Shown: in pieces, positions 33,310 to 47,224 of the stretch
How the letters are laid out: every line of letters begins with the position of its first letter
Numbering within the stretch: position 1 is the first letter of the stretch
Assembly (NCBI GenBank): GCA_002269645.1
Contig: NIVC01000921.1
Coordinates: forward strand, 248,001 to 312,000
Direction: 5' to 3'
DNA from: Macrostomum lignano
Lineage: Eukaryota
DNA: 64,000 bases
The notes under the pieces: model-generated
Database searches by the model: none
Told to the model about the DNA's origin: nothing
Seen by the model: the letters and a program-made list of their open reading frames with translations, nothing else
Position numbers and translations under genes: made by a program

Positions 33310-35790
33310 ATTAACTGCTTCGCTTGCTGCGGAGCAGACGGTCCCGCTGATGCGGCAAGCGCAGAAATCGCTGCCTGTCTGGCAGAGCGACCCGACCATC
33401 AGGCAGGCGCGCTCAGGCAGTGACGCTGAAGATGCGTTTGAGCGCTTTCTAGACGAGCGGCAGCAGGCCGCTATCGACGACACCGTCCGGACCATCACTG
33501 CAGCCGGCCCCGAAGTGAAGAGCCGTGCAGTTTGGACAGCCTTTCGGACTCTAACGCCACGGGTGCAGAAAGCCCGTGGCACTGAATCTGGTCGGTGACA
33601 CCCCGGAGGAGCGCAGGAATGAATTGCGCGACTTCTTCGCCGGCATCGTGAACGCGCCTGCGTCGCCGCTGCCCACCAGCTTTTCGCTCCCACTGGACAC
33701 GCCGGTCCCAGCTGAGGAGGACTTCTGCACAAGCCCAGTCACCAAAGAGGACGTTGTGCTGTTCGCTCGGAAATCACCAAGCGGCAAGGCGCTCGGCTCC
33801 GCTGTGTGGCCTCCCAGGTCGCAAGCGTCATGAACCGCGTGCTCGCCGGCGCCCCTGCATCCACCGAGTGGACTGTCGCGCACAACATGCTGATCCCGAA
33901 GAAGGCAGGGACAACGCGGAAAGAAGACCACCGCGGGATCTCGCTGATGTCCTGCACCGCGAAGCTCTTCAACCGGCTGCTGCTCGATCGTCTGCAGTCT
34001 GTGATGGACCCGTACCTGCGGGGTACGAGCAGAACGGATTCCGGTCGCAACGCAGTACACTGACACAGATCCTCGCACTCCGCAGTATCATCAAAGAGGC
34101 GCGCATCCGCCAGTCTACGCTGATCATGTCTTCGTTAACTTTCGAAAAGCGTTTGACTCAGTGTTGAGAGACGCGCTTACCTTTGTCCTTCGAGCAGAAC
34201 GAGTCCCGCAGCAGCTAATCGACGCTGTCGATACTGAGATACTCGAGCTGCTGTGGTGACGGCGGACGGCCTGTCTGACCTGTTCGACACCTCATCAGGA
34301 GTTCTGCAGGGCGACGCGCTAGCGCTGTTCCCCTCTCTCTCTGAACCGCACGTCCCGATGTCAGCCGGGCTGCGAGGGACGGGGCGCTAGATGCGCCCCA
34401 GCCTGCAAAGTAGGTCGATGGTCGTTTTCGCGTCCGCCAGAAGGGCATCTTGCTCGCTGGGGCGGGCCGCGAACCCTCTTGGGCAGCCAAACAGGATGTT
34501 GTTGCTCGGTGTCACGTGCTCCGCAGTCCGGGCACACGTCGGAGTCGGACAGGCCGAGCCGGAATCTGGTGGCGGCGGCGAGGTTGCTGCAGCCGGCACG
34601 GAGCTGGTTGACCAGGACCTCTAGTCTCCTCAGGAGGGCTGGGAGCTTTGGCCACGAGCGTTGCGGCCCCAAAGCTCGAGATCTAGTTTTCGTCTTTTGG
34701 CATGGCAGCCAGGTAAGCACTGGCTGTCATGAGGGGCGCGTCATGATTGCTCTGATCAGCGGTCGCCAATCTAGCCGGCCTGTCTGCGCGTTCATTCATG
34801 GGGATGCCGCAGTGAGCCGGGATCCAGGTGATGCGGATGGAGTGTCCGTTACTCTGGTTCCAAATTTCGGATACGAGCCGGCTGTTGCTGCGCTGGCCCG
34901 CCATGATGCTGTGAATGGCCGCCTGGGAGTCGGTGAAAATGTCGATACATTGATGTTCTCTAGTATTCTGAATGGCCAGCAGGATGGCTTGTAGCTCTGC
35001 CTGGGTGCTGCTGCAGATATTCCCTGCAGCGCTGGTGACGACCCGGCCCCAGGATGGAGTGATGATCACCGCTGTAGTCGGTCCAGACGCTAATCGGGTG
35101 GGAGCCGCGCTCCTCGAGGTACCTCAGTGCTGTTGCGCTGCGGAGAGCGCCGTTCCTCTTCGTGCTGCTGCTGGACTGGGTTCACCTACCTCGGCGGTCT
35201 GGTACTCCACGTGGTGAAAGTCCTCCGGCGGCGCAGAGGACTTGCCTGGGTGACCTTCCGTTCGATCCGAGCCGTCCCTCAGTCCGAAGCGCTGCCCGAC
35301 CGCCAGACAGCTCGGCTATGGTAGGCGATGGTCGAAACCATCCTGCTATACAACGCCGAGACGTGGACGCTGACGGCTACGCTAGAGCGGCAGCTGGACT
35401 CGGCACACCCAGGGCTGCTCCGTGCGGCCTTTCGAGCTGACGAGAGCGTCGAGACCGAGGCCCTGTACGATCGGGCCAAGCTGCGGCGCCCGTCCATCAT
35501 CCTGCGCCGGCGGCGACTTCAACTGGCGGGCCACGTGATCCAGGCCGAGGGCTACTGCCCCCAACCTGTTCAGGACGTCCTGCTGCTCACCTTGCAGGGT
35601 CCGCTCATTCGGGGTCAGGCCCGACCTGGACTGCCTGCTATGCAAAGCAGGGGCGCCCGACACTGCCAATGGGGCGAACTTTGTCCGCTCTCAGGCTCTG
35701 CGGCGCTCCATCTGACGCGCCCTACTCTCACTGGGAGGCTGCATGCGAGCAAGCTGCGTATTTTGTTAGTGCTGTTGTTTGTTTTACAGT
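33310..35790 (+). mobile_element. RTE-clade LINE relic (copy 1), 5'-truncated, interrupted by an antisense RNase H fragment
   Basis: IPKKAG..HRGISLMSCTAKLFNRLLL, NFRKAFDSV, GVLQGDALA, FTYLGG and ETILLYNAETWTLT, with a (TTG)-rich tail. Frameshifted. Confidence 0.8.
34332..35150 (-). mobile_element. 3' fragment of an RNase H-bearing LINE (I/Ingi-like) nested in RTE copy 1
   Basis: STQAELQAI, IFTDSQAAI, ITWIPAHCGIPMNERAD and CPDCG motifs, with a (GA)n tail on the minus strand. The right boundary is approximate. Confidence 0.75.
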
Positions 35791-36300
35791 GCCAATTCAG
35801 AAAAGGCCTTAATAACGAGTGCGTCCTTCGCGAGCAAGACAGAAATTCTTCGCGGCATCCCCGGAATGAGGCACCGCAAAAATCTTGAGGAAGACTTTTG
35901 GCGCAGGCCTGGCGCAGTTGCATGACATTGTGTGGCGGATTCTCTTACACTCTCATTCTCAAAGTGAGGTCCGAGAGAAGCTGCTTGCTGGCGCAAAGGA
36001 TGGCGACTTCAATGTTGCTGAGTATAGCTACAGATAATACTGGAAAAATCACCAAAAGACTTGCACACTGCTCATTAGTATAGACTCTTCGGTTTGATTT
36101 TAACAAAAAGGCTTCACAAAATACACTTGGAAATATGTTAAAGTGTTGGTGTGGCGTTCATTCGCGACCTGGCCTTGAAGCGCGCCCTCTTCTGTCTGTT
36201 GAGTATGCGTATTCGTATTCTGTTGTCTGTTGTGTTCACCCCAAGTTAAGTTGGTCAACAAATGGCAGCTTTAATCCTTTCCTTTGCTTCAGTTTCTCGC

Positions 36301-39300
36301 TTTCTCGCTCAGTCTCTCGGGGGAGGTCTGCACCCTCTATTTGCCGCTGGCAGCCGAAGACCCCCCCCACGCTGTTTCGCAAGCCGACCCAGGGGTACCC
36401 GTCCCCGCGAGTATTCAAGGCAGACCCTAGGGCTGCCGGACAGACTAGGCTCCAGAGAGCGGCGCTCCCTGGAGATGCTGCTGTGGCTGCTGAGGCCGAA
36501 ACCACGGTGCAACAAATGGCCACTGCCAAGAAGGAGGTTCCTTCGGGAGCTACCTTTGCGGCGAAGGCCAAGGCCTAAATCCCGGGAGTGATCATTCAAG
36601 GTCGCGACCAGGACTGGACCACTGATCAGCTTCAAAAAGTGTGGAGTGCTATTGACTCCTATCTGATTGAGCTGACTGTCGAGGAGGGAATCTCCATCGG
36701 CATTGAGCGGATTGAGGCCAGCGTCCAAAGACAATACCCTATGTGGTTTTGTCCCTGCAAAGAGCACCGCAACTGGACCAGACGTTATTCGCCGGGTCCT
36801 ACTGCGCCTGAATCCCGACCTCCCTGCTAGTGGACTGGTGTATAACCGTGGAGGGGGGGGAGCGGGCAAATCAATCGTCCTCGGCCTTTCCAACGCTTGG
36901 GCGAGTCGGTACCCTAATGGATCCTCTTTCCAGCTGGGTGCCCTCAAGCTCAAGATGCGCCGAGGAAAGTCTGCCAAAGGGAAGGCTTCTGCCAATCCCG
37001 GCATCTCCGGCAAGAGCGGGGCGCAGTCTAAGGCCCAAGGAAAGGCGCAAGCCGATCCCAAAGCCGGAGCTGCGTCTCGCCTCTCTGCTAGCAGCAATTC
37101 GGCGACCGCGGTGACGGCTCCGACCAAGCCCCGGGAACCGAACCTGCCAGCCGGAGAAGGAGTTGAGGACGAGGCCGGGTCTTCGGAATCCGAGCTCTCC
37201 TCGGCCACCCTGGTGGGGTCTGAAGGCAAAGATGCAGGTGAAGAAAGCTTCCTCCATCCTGTCATCGGAGCCCGAGGACTCTGCTGGGGGGGGGGGGCTG
37301 GTGGGGGTGAGGAGGCCATGGACATCGACCAACTCCCATCTCCCAGTCAAGCCCCAACGGCCTGGGATGAGGACGATTTGCTGTCCAAGTCTCCTTGATG
37401 GCCCGGGGCTCTAATCAGATTTTGCATTTAATACAGTATGACTAAGCTCCACGCCGCCAAAGGAGCGACATTCTGTCTGAAAATTAATTTACAGCATTGC
37501 GTATCTGCGTCAGTAAATCTGATGAAGATTGCTGAGCTGTACAGGCCAGGCTTCATCCTGATCCAGGAACCCTGGATGCGCAACGGTAAGTTGCCCAACA
37601 TTCCTTCTGGCTACTCTGATTTTTATGTGTGTGGCCCGTGGAACAACCGCCCTAGAGCGGCTATCCTCGCTGCTAGCCATCTCCAGGCTTGGCTGAGGAC
37701 TGATCTTTCAGATGGAGACCTTTGTGTCATCCAATCTAATCATCTCTCTCCGCGGACGTGTCTCGTTGCTTCGATTTATATTCCAAGCGACAGAGACCCT
37801 GCACCTGAGAGTCTACTGCGCCTTGCGCAGTACTGCGAGTCCCAGAACGCTGAGCTGTGCTTAGGGGGCGACCTCAACGCACACCATAAGCACTGGGGCA
37901 GCAAAGACACCAATACTAGAGGGGAGGAGCTTCTGGCCCTTATCTCTAACACAAACCTCATGCTCTGCAACCGCGGTAGCACTCCTACCTTTAACAATGG
38001 CAGATGGACTGAGGTTCTCGATGCCACACTCGTTACCCCAAGACTCTGACATAGTTGAGGAGTGGAGAGTCTAGTCTGAGGAGCCCTCCCTGTCTGACCA
38101 CTGCTTTATCGCCTTTAACATCGCGGACACTAAACCCCAGTCCCCGATCACTTGGAGGCGTAATATCCGCAACACTGATTGGGCAGCCTACAAGGCTACC
38201 CTTGATCTGCACCTGCAGGAACTCACGAACTCACGTACGATTGAGACCTGCGAGGATGTGGACCATGCGGCTGAGACGCTGACAGGTTGCATTATTGCAG
38301 CCTATGAAGCGGCCTGCCCTGTCCGTGCCTACAAAGGCAAGACCTCGGCGCCGTGGTGGAACCCGGAGCTGGGGAAACTCAGGCGGAAGGCCAAAAGCCT
38401 TCACCGCCGTGCCATGAAGACCGGAAACCCGGAGGACATGGAGCTTTTCCGACAAGCCTCCCGAAACTTCCAATCTGAAGTGCGCAAGGCCAAGGAATGC
38501 AAATGGCGCCAATTCTGCAATGAGTTGGACCAAGACAGACCCTCGTACTTCTAGGCTTGTCAAGGCCCTTACAATGGACAAAATGTCCAAATTAGCCATG
38601 ATCAAAAAAGATGATGGCTCTCTTACTAAAGACCCTGAAGAAGTGCTTCAGCATATGCTCAGCACATTCTTCCCGAGGGTACCCACTGCTAGATCGGAAC
38701 CCAACCATTCAATGGATGGAGCCACCCTAGCGGCGGGCATTATCACTGAAGACTTAATCGCTCGTGCGGTCAGAACCTTCAAGCCCTTCAAATCTCCTGG
38801 ACCTGATGGTATCTACCCTGTTCTTCTTCGTGAAGCAGCCAAGATACCCTCGTTCTTGAGACTTAAGCGCAATCTCATGACAGCCTCTATCCAGCTGGGA
38901 TACGTTCCCAAGTGCTGGACCGAAGCTCGGGTAGTCTTCATTCCAAAGCTGGGAAGGGTGACTACCAGAGCGTCAAGGCCTTTAGGCCAATTAGCTTAAC
39001 GTCAGCAATGCTTAAGCTGACTGAGAGGCTTATTCTCTGGCGGCTGCTTTCATGCGAGCTGACAGAAATGCCCCTCAGCAATCATCAGCACGCCTTCCGT
39101 AGCGGGAGGTCGACTGACAGCGCCCTGCATGCGATAGTCGAGAAAATTGAACGGGCGGTACTGGGTGACGGTGCGTTTCAGAGGGCCCTTCAAAATCGCA
39201 AAGCTCATGCTACCCTCATACGGTGGATCATGTACATGATCTCTAACCGTGCGGTCACTGCCCAACTTCTTGGGCAGTAAGGGTGGACCCCAAGGCGGAG

Positions 39301-41184
39301 TCCTCACCCCGACACTCTGGAACCTGGTCATGGACGCTCTTCTGGGTGACTCCCGACCTGATCCCGTCTTCAAAGTCGGGTATGCTGACGACGTCACTGC
39401 TATTGTGGCTGGGCCGTCCCCCAGCACGCTCAGGGATCTGATGCAGAGCTTTATCCGCAAAGCAGAATCCTGGGCCAATGACAACGGTCTGGAACTCTCT
39501 GAGCCCAAAACTGTTGCCATTATGTTCACCAGCAGAATACGCTGGAACATACGACCTCTGCAGCTATACGGCAGAGATATTGCCTTCGCGCACCAGACCA
39601 GATGTCTCGGGGTCATACCTGACCACCGACTCAACTGGTCCTTCCACGTGGAAGCAAAAGCCAAGCGTGCCTCAGCCATCCTGGCCCAGCTCCGTCGAGC
39701 ACTTGGCACTTCTTGGGGTCTATCCCCAAAGCGGCTTTGGTGGATCTACACTTCCGTAGTTAGACCTGCCATTACGTACGCCTCGGTTGTCTGGGTTAGC
39801 GCTACCCAGGTCAAAAGCCATGCAGATTTGCTCAACACGATCCAGGGCAGAGCGTGTAGGCTTATCTGCAACGCCACCAGGTCCACGCCCTTCGCCTTTA
39901 CGGCATGGGGTCTTCCTTAATCTACCGCCTCTCGACTTCTTCGTCAGGGGTGAGGCGGCTAGAACGACGCGGCGTTTACTTGATGCCGGTGTCAAATTCC
40001 TTTACATGAGGGCACCTGCTAAGCGGAACCTCGGCCCGCATAGCGACCTTCGCCTCAAAATTCTCAAAGAGTGTCAGGCCAATCGCGTCTTCACCGATGG
40101 CATTGCCTCAACGCTCAACCTGAGACAACGCTACTCCGTAGCTATCGACTCGCGCGATACCATCAATGACCACTGGAACCCTGGTGAGCTTCACTGCTAT
40201 ACCGATGGTTCTAAGAAGTCAGCCAACACCGGTTTTGGCGTTGGAATCTTCCTGAACGGGAGGGTTATCGCAACCCACGCTCAGTACACTGGGGTCAACT
40301 CCAGTGTCTTCCAAAATGAAGTTCTCGCCATCACTGCAGAGCTTCTCGCCACTGGCGTAACCGGTAAGAACATCATTTTCCATTCGGACAGCCAAGCTGC
40401 CTTGCACGCCATCAGTGGCTGTAGTACAAATTCTGCTACAGTCCTCGACTGTATCAAACTCCTCAACATGTTGGCTCCACCAACAAAATCACCCTTAAGT
40501 GGGTTCCGGGGCATGTGATGATCCGAGGAAATGAGTTGGCTGACGCCCTTGCGAAAGTTGGCGCCTCCGGCTCCTCTATCGGTCCCGAACGCCTTGTCTC
40601 GATTCCTGGCTGTGTCATCGACTCGCGCATCAAAGCGTGGATCAGGACCCAGCACCGCTCGACTTGGGCGAACTGCACTACCTGCAGGCAATCCAGAGGC
40701 GCTGTCCCTCAGCCCTCTCACCAGCTCCGGAAGCTCCTCTTACGCCTCTCGCGCAGAGACATCCGGGCTGCCACCATGACCCTCTCAGGTCACGGCTGCT
40801 TCTCCAGGCACCAGTACCTGCAGGGCAATGCCACCAACGCCATCTGCAGTTTCTATAACTCAGGTGACGAAACCGCTGAACATTTCGTCCGCATCTGTCC
40901 CGCCTTTACGCGAGCCAGACTCACTTACCTCGGGCCACACACATCTATTACTGAAGCGTGCAAACCCGAAACCTTTAATCAGCTCATGCGCTACCTCTGG
41001 GCAACCCGCAGGGCTGAACTCTCCTTTCTAGAGAGAACCATAGCTGCTGGCGACACTGGAGGACCTCCCTGAGCGGCGCCAACCCTTCGTCCATAGCGAC
41101 GCGTCGGCCGTTCAGGAATGGGCGTTCGCGCCTTCCCGCTGTGTCCCCCGGGACAGCCCTGCAGCTAAGTCAAGTAAGTCAAGT
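36301..41184 (+). mobile_element. Non-LTR retrotransposon, LOA/Lian-like (ORF1 + APE-RT-RNase H-zinc knuckle), decayed
   Basis: ORF1 fragments at about 36500-37398. ORF2 37438-41072 is split by stops and frameshifts. APE: IQEPW, GGDLNAHHKHWGS. RT: [28 protein letters not shown]. RNase H: YTDGSK, HSDSQAAL, GNELADALAK. C-terminal knuckle-like motif. (AAGT)-type tail at about 41167-41184. The clade assignment is inference. Confidence 0.88.
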
Positions 41185-41934
41185 GCCTTAAATTTAATCG
41201 CTCGAAATCCATTCACTAAGCCTATTTCACTTGGATTGCAAGTTGCACAAAAATCAAGCCGAATAAATGAAAGTAAATGAAATAAGAAACTGACAGATTG
41301 CGATCCCACCATGCAGTTATACGAAGAGAGTAATATAAGAAGCCGAGAGAGTAGCATTTTATTCAATCAAAAATTCAATGGCTAAACTAATTGACAACGT
41401 CAGAGAAGCATGCAGAATGGGTATTGAGCTGCTTGAATAAACTAAATTAAAGGTAGTGGCATTTGATTTGTCTGAAAAATGAACTCTTGGCCCACATCTC
41501 ATTGAGCAGTAAGCAGTAGACAGAGTTCTATCAAAGCCGATTGATTAAATGGTGGAAAAATCACATAGCACGATAAAGCAAAGCCAGCTCGTAGAAAAGC
41601 ATCTTGAATATGCATCATTGTGTAGTGTTTACTCTCCTAATTTCCTTTACCATTGTGGCGTCACAGTTAAAACAGCTTTCAAACCATTTCGCCCAAAATG
41701 AATGAATTTGCACCACGAGCTACTTGTCATTTGCAGGTACCCGAAGTGGGTCTAAAAGGAAAAAGCAACCATTTCCCTTGTCAATTAAAACTGTGCTACT
41801 TATTTTGTCATAATTTTACCAAGCTTGGCCACTCGAGCAGCTAATAGTATAGTGGGCAAGGACATATATTACACGCACAATATTGGGTATGCAATCCATG
41901 GTTAATATTATGGTTATCATCCTAGTAAGAGCGT

Positions 41935-44900
41935 CTAAGACTCCAGCGAGTCCACAATCTTCTGCAGGGATTCTACAGCTTCCTCCGCTGTCGGTCTGGA
42001 GTCTGGGGTGCCGCTCCAGCAGCTCTCCATCAGGTCCCACAGCTGGTCGGACATGTTGGGCAGCCGCGTCGGTCTGCAGTCCAGGGCGCTGGCGAGCAGG
42101 ATGGCCCCGACACTGGGCATGATCTCGACGTACTCCGGGTGGCGCTTGCCCGTGCCTTCGCTGTGGATTTAAATCAATGGCATCTCGCATCAATCGCTCG
42201 AGAATCTCTGTCAGCTCGTCCGCTACCTAAGGGCTACCGGCTGAGTGATCATCCACATCTTTGACTCTCCGGGGGCCGCGCTGCAAGACATCTAGCATTC
42301 CAACTCTCGTCTGCAGTGCGGCCCTCTATCGGGAGGCATTCCCGGAGGCACTGTAGAATTCCTAACGAGCTGTTACCCCCTGTAGATGTTCTATAACATC
42401 GCGCAATCTTTTTTGAACTTACAAAAGATACCAAAGAGCGATTCCAAGACTGAAGACGTCCGCGCTCGTGTGGTAGCTCTCGCCTCGGACCAGCTCAGGC
42501 GCAAGGTAGATTGGCGTTCCAACTAAGGTTCGGTTTACAAAGCCTGTACTCTTCACGAGTCCGAAGTCCGACAGCTTCACTTGTCTTAAATCTTCACTCA
42601 CCTGAGGGTTTTTAAGGTGTTGTGAGCTGTTAAAATCATAAAAAACAGTCGGTCCACTCTCAAAAAAATGCTTACGAGGACGTTGGCGAGTTTCAAGTCT
42701 CTGTGAATCAGCTCGCTCGAGTGAAGGAACTGAAGGGCCTTCGCCAGCTCCAAGCCAATCTTCAGGCGCTGTCGAACGGGCAGCCTGTGGCGCTGCATTA
42801 GATTCCAGGCGTCGCAGCACATCAGCTCCATGTAGATCTCTACTGTCCATCGCTTCTCATCAGGTTTGCTTTTGTGGAGCCTCACGCCGACTACGTGCAC
42901 GAGATTATCATGCTCGAGAACGCTGGAATGTAACAACTTCTCATGCTATTATGAGAACTAGAAGTTATGCGATCGAAATATGTGTACTATATCTACTCAA
43001 GTATAGTAACTTACCTGCTGTGGTACACTTCCGTTGCGATATCGTCAAGACTAGGCTCGTCGGATACGATTCTCTTGGCCGCTAGCGCTGGCTCTCCGCT
43101 CTCGTTCAAAACTCGGAACACCTCACCTTGCGCTCCGGATCCGAGATTTCCTTCCGTGTCGATTCGGAACCCGCGGTACTTGTACTTGGAGATAACATCC
43201 ATCGTAAGCATATGCAGTCGAGCAACTCGTGGGAATAGAGACTTGATCTCGGATCGCTCCTCCTCGGTCAGTTTCATACCGCTTTCAACTAGCTGCTCCG
43301 ATGAAGCAATGTTGTCAAGAAACTCTCTGTGCTGCTTTTCTAACCATTCCTTCAGCCAGGTGATGAGGCGCTCGACAAGAATGTTTTTGTTGATTGCCTC
43401 TAAATCAGAAAATGTCAAAAAATAATTTAAAACTGTACGAGCTACAAGTACGAGCTACTTCGACCCTCTATACCATAGAAAACTACAATTTCTGAAATAT
43501 ACAGTACGTGTACTTACCTAGATACTTTTCTGCCTGATATTTCTTCCACTTTGGATCCTGGATCGGTGTCGAGGTTGAAAAAACGAGCCCTGGTTTTGTA
43601 ACTATTTTTATCACGAAAAATTTTATCTTGAATATTATAAAACCCAAACAACTCAGTTTCAATTCCTCCAGCGACACCGAATAGCTCATGAGCATTGTCT
43701 TCTTCAACACCTGGTACGCGGGCGTCGGATTCACATCCTTCTCCAACTCCGCCATTAGATTCTTCAAGTCGAAGCCCTTAAGGCCATGATTCTTGAAGAA
43801 GTCGAAGAATGAAGCAATTATTCTGTCGTTGATGAGAGCATGAATCTCATCGACGCACTTCTTCTCAATGTCTTTCTGAGACATATCGGCTGAAATCACC
43901 GATTCCGAGTACTTCAGCGCTCTGACTTCGTCGAGAATGAGCGGCTTTCTTTCGGCGAAGAATAGACCTGCTTGTCTCAACAGCTCGTCTCGATTTTTCT
44001 CCACGATGCTCTTAGACTGCTGGTAGGTCTCCTGCTCCAGGCTCTTGATTTGGTAGAGCGCCTCCTTGCGCAAGTTCGACTCTTTGATGTTGGTGGCCCT
44101 GTCCATGAACAGTGTGAGAATCTCGCTTTGAATGTGCATCAGTTCATCACCAGACCTCACGATGAGGTTTCGAAATTGATCCTGAGCGAACTTGAGAATT
44201 CTCGTCTTGACCTCCTCGAATCGTCTGACCCACTTTGAGTTCTCCATCTCCTTGAGAGCCTCAGGGTCGAGCTTGTTCTTCTTGATCATGAGTTCCTTTT
44301 TGCGACGGAATCCCCTTACTTTCCAACACGAGACGCAAAGGAACTTGTTGCATGTGTCTCTGGTTTCGTTCGGGCTGATGTAGCCGAGACGCTGCAGCTT
44401 AGAGAAGACGCGCTCGGCCTTCTCTTCTTCAATCTCCTGCGCTGGTTGATTGGCTTCCTGCTCTGTGTCTTTCGAGACATCCATCTTAGTGACAAGATAG
44501 AACACCTCAGCGCCAAGCACCGTTTTCTTAATCGTTGTTAAGTCCTTTTGGACCTGCAGTTTTAGTATTTCAGTGGAAGAATATAATTTCAACAGAATTG
44601 CTAACAGAAATATAGAGTTTTCTCTGGATTCCTTTCACACCAATTATTATTAATGATCATAGATTGTACGATAGCCGCGAGCCACAATACATTATTAGAA
44701 GTCTGAAATTTTTATTAGAACTTACGGCAATGGTGATGCCCGAGTTGGAGTCGATGACGTAGATGATGATCGGTAGAAACGAGTCGATCGCCCCCAGCGT
44801 CAGCGAGTCCAGAGATGAGTTCTCGTTCAGTCCTGGCGAGTCGATGATGTCGATGCCGTGTCGCAGGAACTCGCACTTGATGCCGGCCTCGACAGTCGAG

Positions 44901-45895
44901 CTGATGAGCTCGTCATTCTCGCGGTCCTCGTCTTTCAGCTTGACGAGGTCCTCCTCGATTGTCGGCTTCTCGAGGTACTGGACGTCTCCGATCTGCTCGC
45001 CGGTCTTGGATCGCACGAGCACGTAGATTCGGTCGGAGTAGGTGAGCCGGGTGACTCGGGCGGTGCACGGGGACTGCGACTGGGCCACGAAGGTGCCGCC
45101 TGCGAATATCGAGCGCATTTTGTATTATGAAATTATGCATGGTCCTGGTTTTACTGGCTCAAAGATACTCATCAGCTACCGGATTTTCTTTTAAGTGGAA
45201 TCTGAGCAGCAAAACTAAGCTTGCTGTGTGTACAGTGATTTCTACGAATTTGAAAAAATATTCTGTCCTCACGTGAGAAGAATATTCATCTATCTTTTTG
45301 CAGGAGTGCAAAATGGTATTTAATTTTTTTGTAATGCTAATCAATGCATTGGGAGTTTTTTGCATGTTATATCAACTTATTCGGTGAATTTCCATTGAGA
45401 GAAATGAAATTAAACTTCAATTATATCAAATTTACTACTGTAAGTAGACAACAATTCGTGGTTCCTGCTGAGCAGATCTAAATGAATTTTATGGATACAA
45501 GCTTGAGAAATGAAAAAAAAACATTGACAGCGCTGACATTGACAGAATTTTATTTAACAAAAGTTAAACAGCTGCTCACCCAGAAGTTCATTGATGAAGG
45601 AGCTCTTGCCCGACTTGGTCTGTCCAACAATGATGATGCACGGCTTGCTGCTGTCACTGGAACCCGTCTGGTTGCCCCTGTACAGCTGGTTCACCTTTTG
45701 TCTCACGTCTTCAAATTTTAGCGACTCTTGCAATTTTTCTGAGAATTCCGGAGACAAAGCCTTCGAAAAGCTTTCCGTTAACAGTCTCTGCGTAGTGTCC
45801 AGGTGCTCTTTGATCAGGTCCCGGTTGCTTCGGAATTCGGCGAGTTCCTGGTCCAGAAAGCCGATCGGCTGCGCCTCCGCTTGCGAGATGGCCAT
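41935..45895 (-). CDS. DSTYK: DSTYK-like dynamin-type GTPase-protein kinase fusion, paralogue B (920 aa, 7 exons)
   Basis: Exons 45580-45895, 44726-45099, 43518-44553, 43015-43399, 42676-42922, 42423-42601 and 41935-42160 total 2763 nt in frame. G1-G4 are intact. Kinase motifs GSGAQG, LAAK, HRDLKLAN, DFG, GTPIYLAPE and DVFSLG are intact. The symbol is family-level only. Confidence 0.9.
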
Positions 45896-46889
45896 GGCGG
45901 CTTTTCTGCAGCTTCAAGTCTCGGTTTGGGGCGCACAGAGAGCCACGCGTCTTTGACACTTCTTGTAGCCTGGAGAGGCAGTGCTTTGTATTCGAGCCCT
46001 CGTACGCAGCCAAAAGTGTCTGCCTACTCCCTGGCCACTCCAGTGTACGCTTGGCTGGCTGGGTGCGCTGCTGCGAAGGCTTCTCTCTTCGAGCATTGGC
46101 CTTCGTTTATGTGGAGTTTAGGCGGAGTATAATTCAAACTCCGCTTCTGCACACCAGATTGCTCGAGGCCGCGTCGTTCACGATGCAGTTCAATTGCAAA
46201 AAAGATGGAAAATTAGCCTTTGCATCTGTTAGAATGGGTGGGGAGCCAGATACAAAAGGGTTGGATGCGCGTTGGCTGCGTACCTGGTCCTCTGGCAGCT
46301 GTTGAGACGCATTTCTGCATTCAATTCAAATAGCCGAAAATTGAGAATTGTAACAAAACATGAAACAAAGCAAACAAAGAATTTGAATGCTTTGTTGAGC
46401 TCTACATGAATATCAATTTGAAGCTTTTAAGTTGGCCAATTTATTAGCAGACTTTTAGAAAGTCGGCCAGCAGAACTTTTCTTTCATTGAAAAAACAAGG
46501 AGGCACCTGTACACTAGGTTGAAGGAACATTGATTAGAACGATCTGCTATGTGGGATCGTCTGCTGGTTTGCAAACACTGTTGCGAGAGTGAGCAATTTG
46601 AATTATGCCAGTCTGACTTTAGACAAACGACTGACAATCTAGTGCGGCCCCCCGAAGGGAGGATGGGGCGCCCAATAAGCAAGGAGCAAAAATAGTTCAT
46701 AGAAAGAAATTAGAAAAGCACATTTTCTTAAACACCAATTCCTTCTTCAGTTTTAAAAATTACTTTATTCATATAAAATTGTCACGGACAATGATAAGTG
46801 CTATAAATCTCTTTTTTTCTAAAATTAACAAACAGACAACAAAATATAGCTTTCACAAAGATAACAGGCATTCCCGCTAAATAAAAAAT

Positions 46890-47200
46890 ATTCCCAAGAC
46901 AGCAAGCATCCCTTCAGATAGCAAGCATCCCCCTCCAAAAGTAAGCAACCACAGATAGCAAGCATCCACCCAGATAGCAAGCATCCCCCCAGATAGCAAG
47001 CATCCCCCAGATATTGTTGAAGCATCCACCTAGATAGCAAGCATCCCCCCAGATAGCAAGCATCCCCCCAGATAGCAAGCATCCACCCAGATAGCAAGCA
47101 TCCTGCAGATAGCAAGCATCCCCCAAATATTGTAGAAGCATCCACCCAGATAGCAAGCATCCTGCAGATAGCAAGAATCACTAAATAGCAAGCATCCCTG
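46890..47200. repeat. 18-20-bp minisatellite GATAGCAAGCATCCCCCA
   Basis: Recurring AGCAAGCATCC core. Confidence 0.9.
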
Positions 47201-47224
47201 GATAGAAAAAATCCCATACATGTA

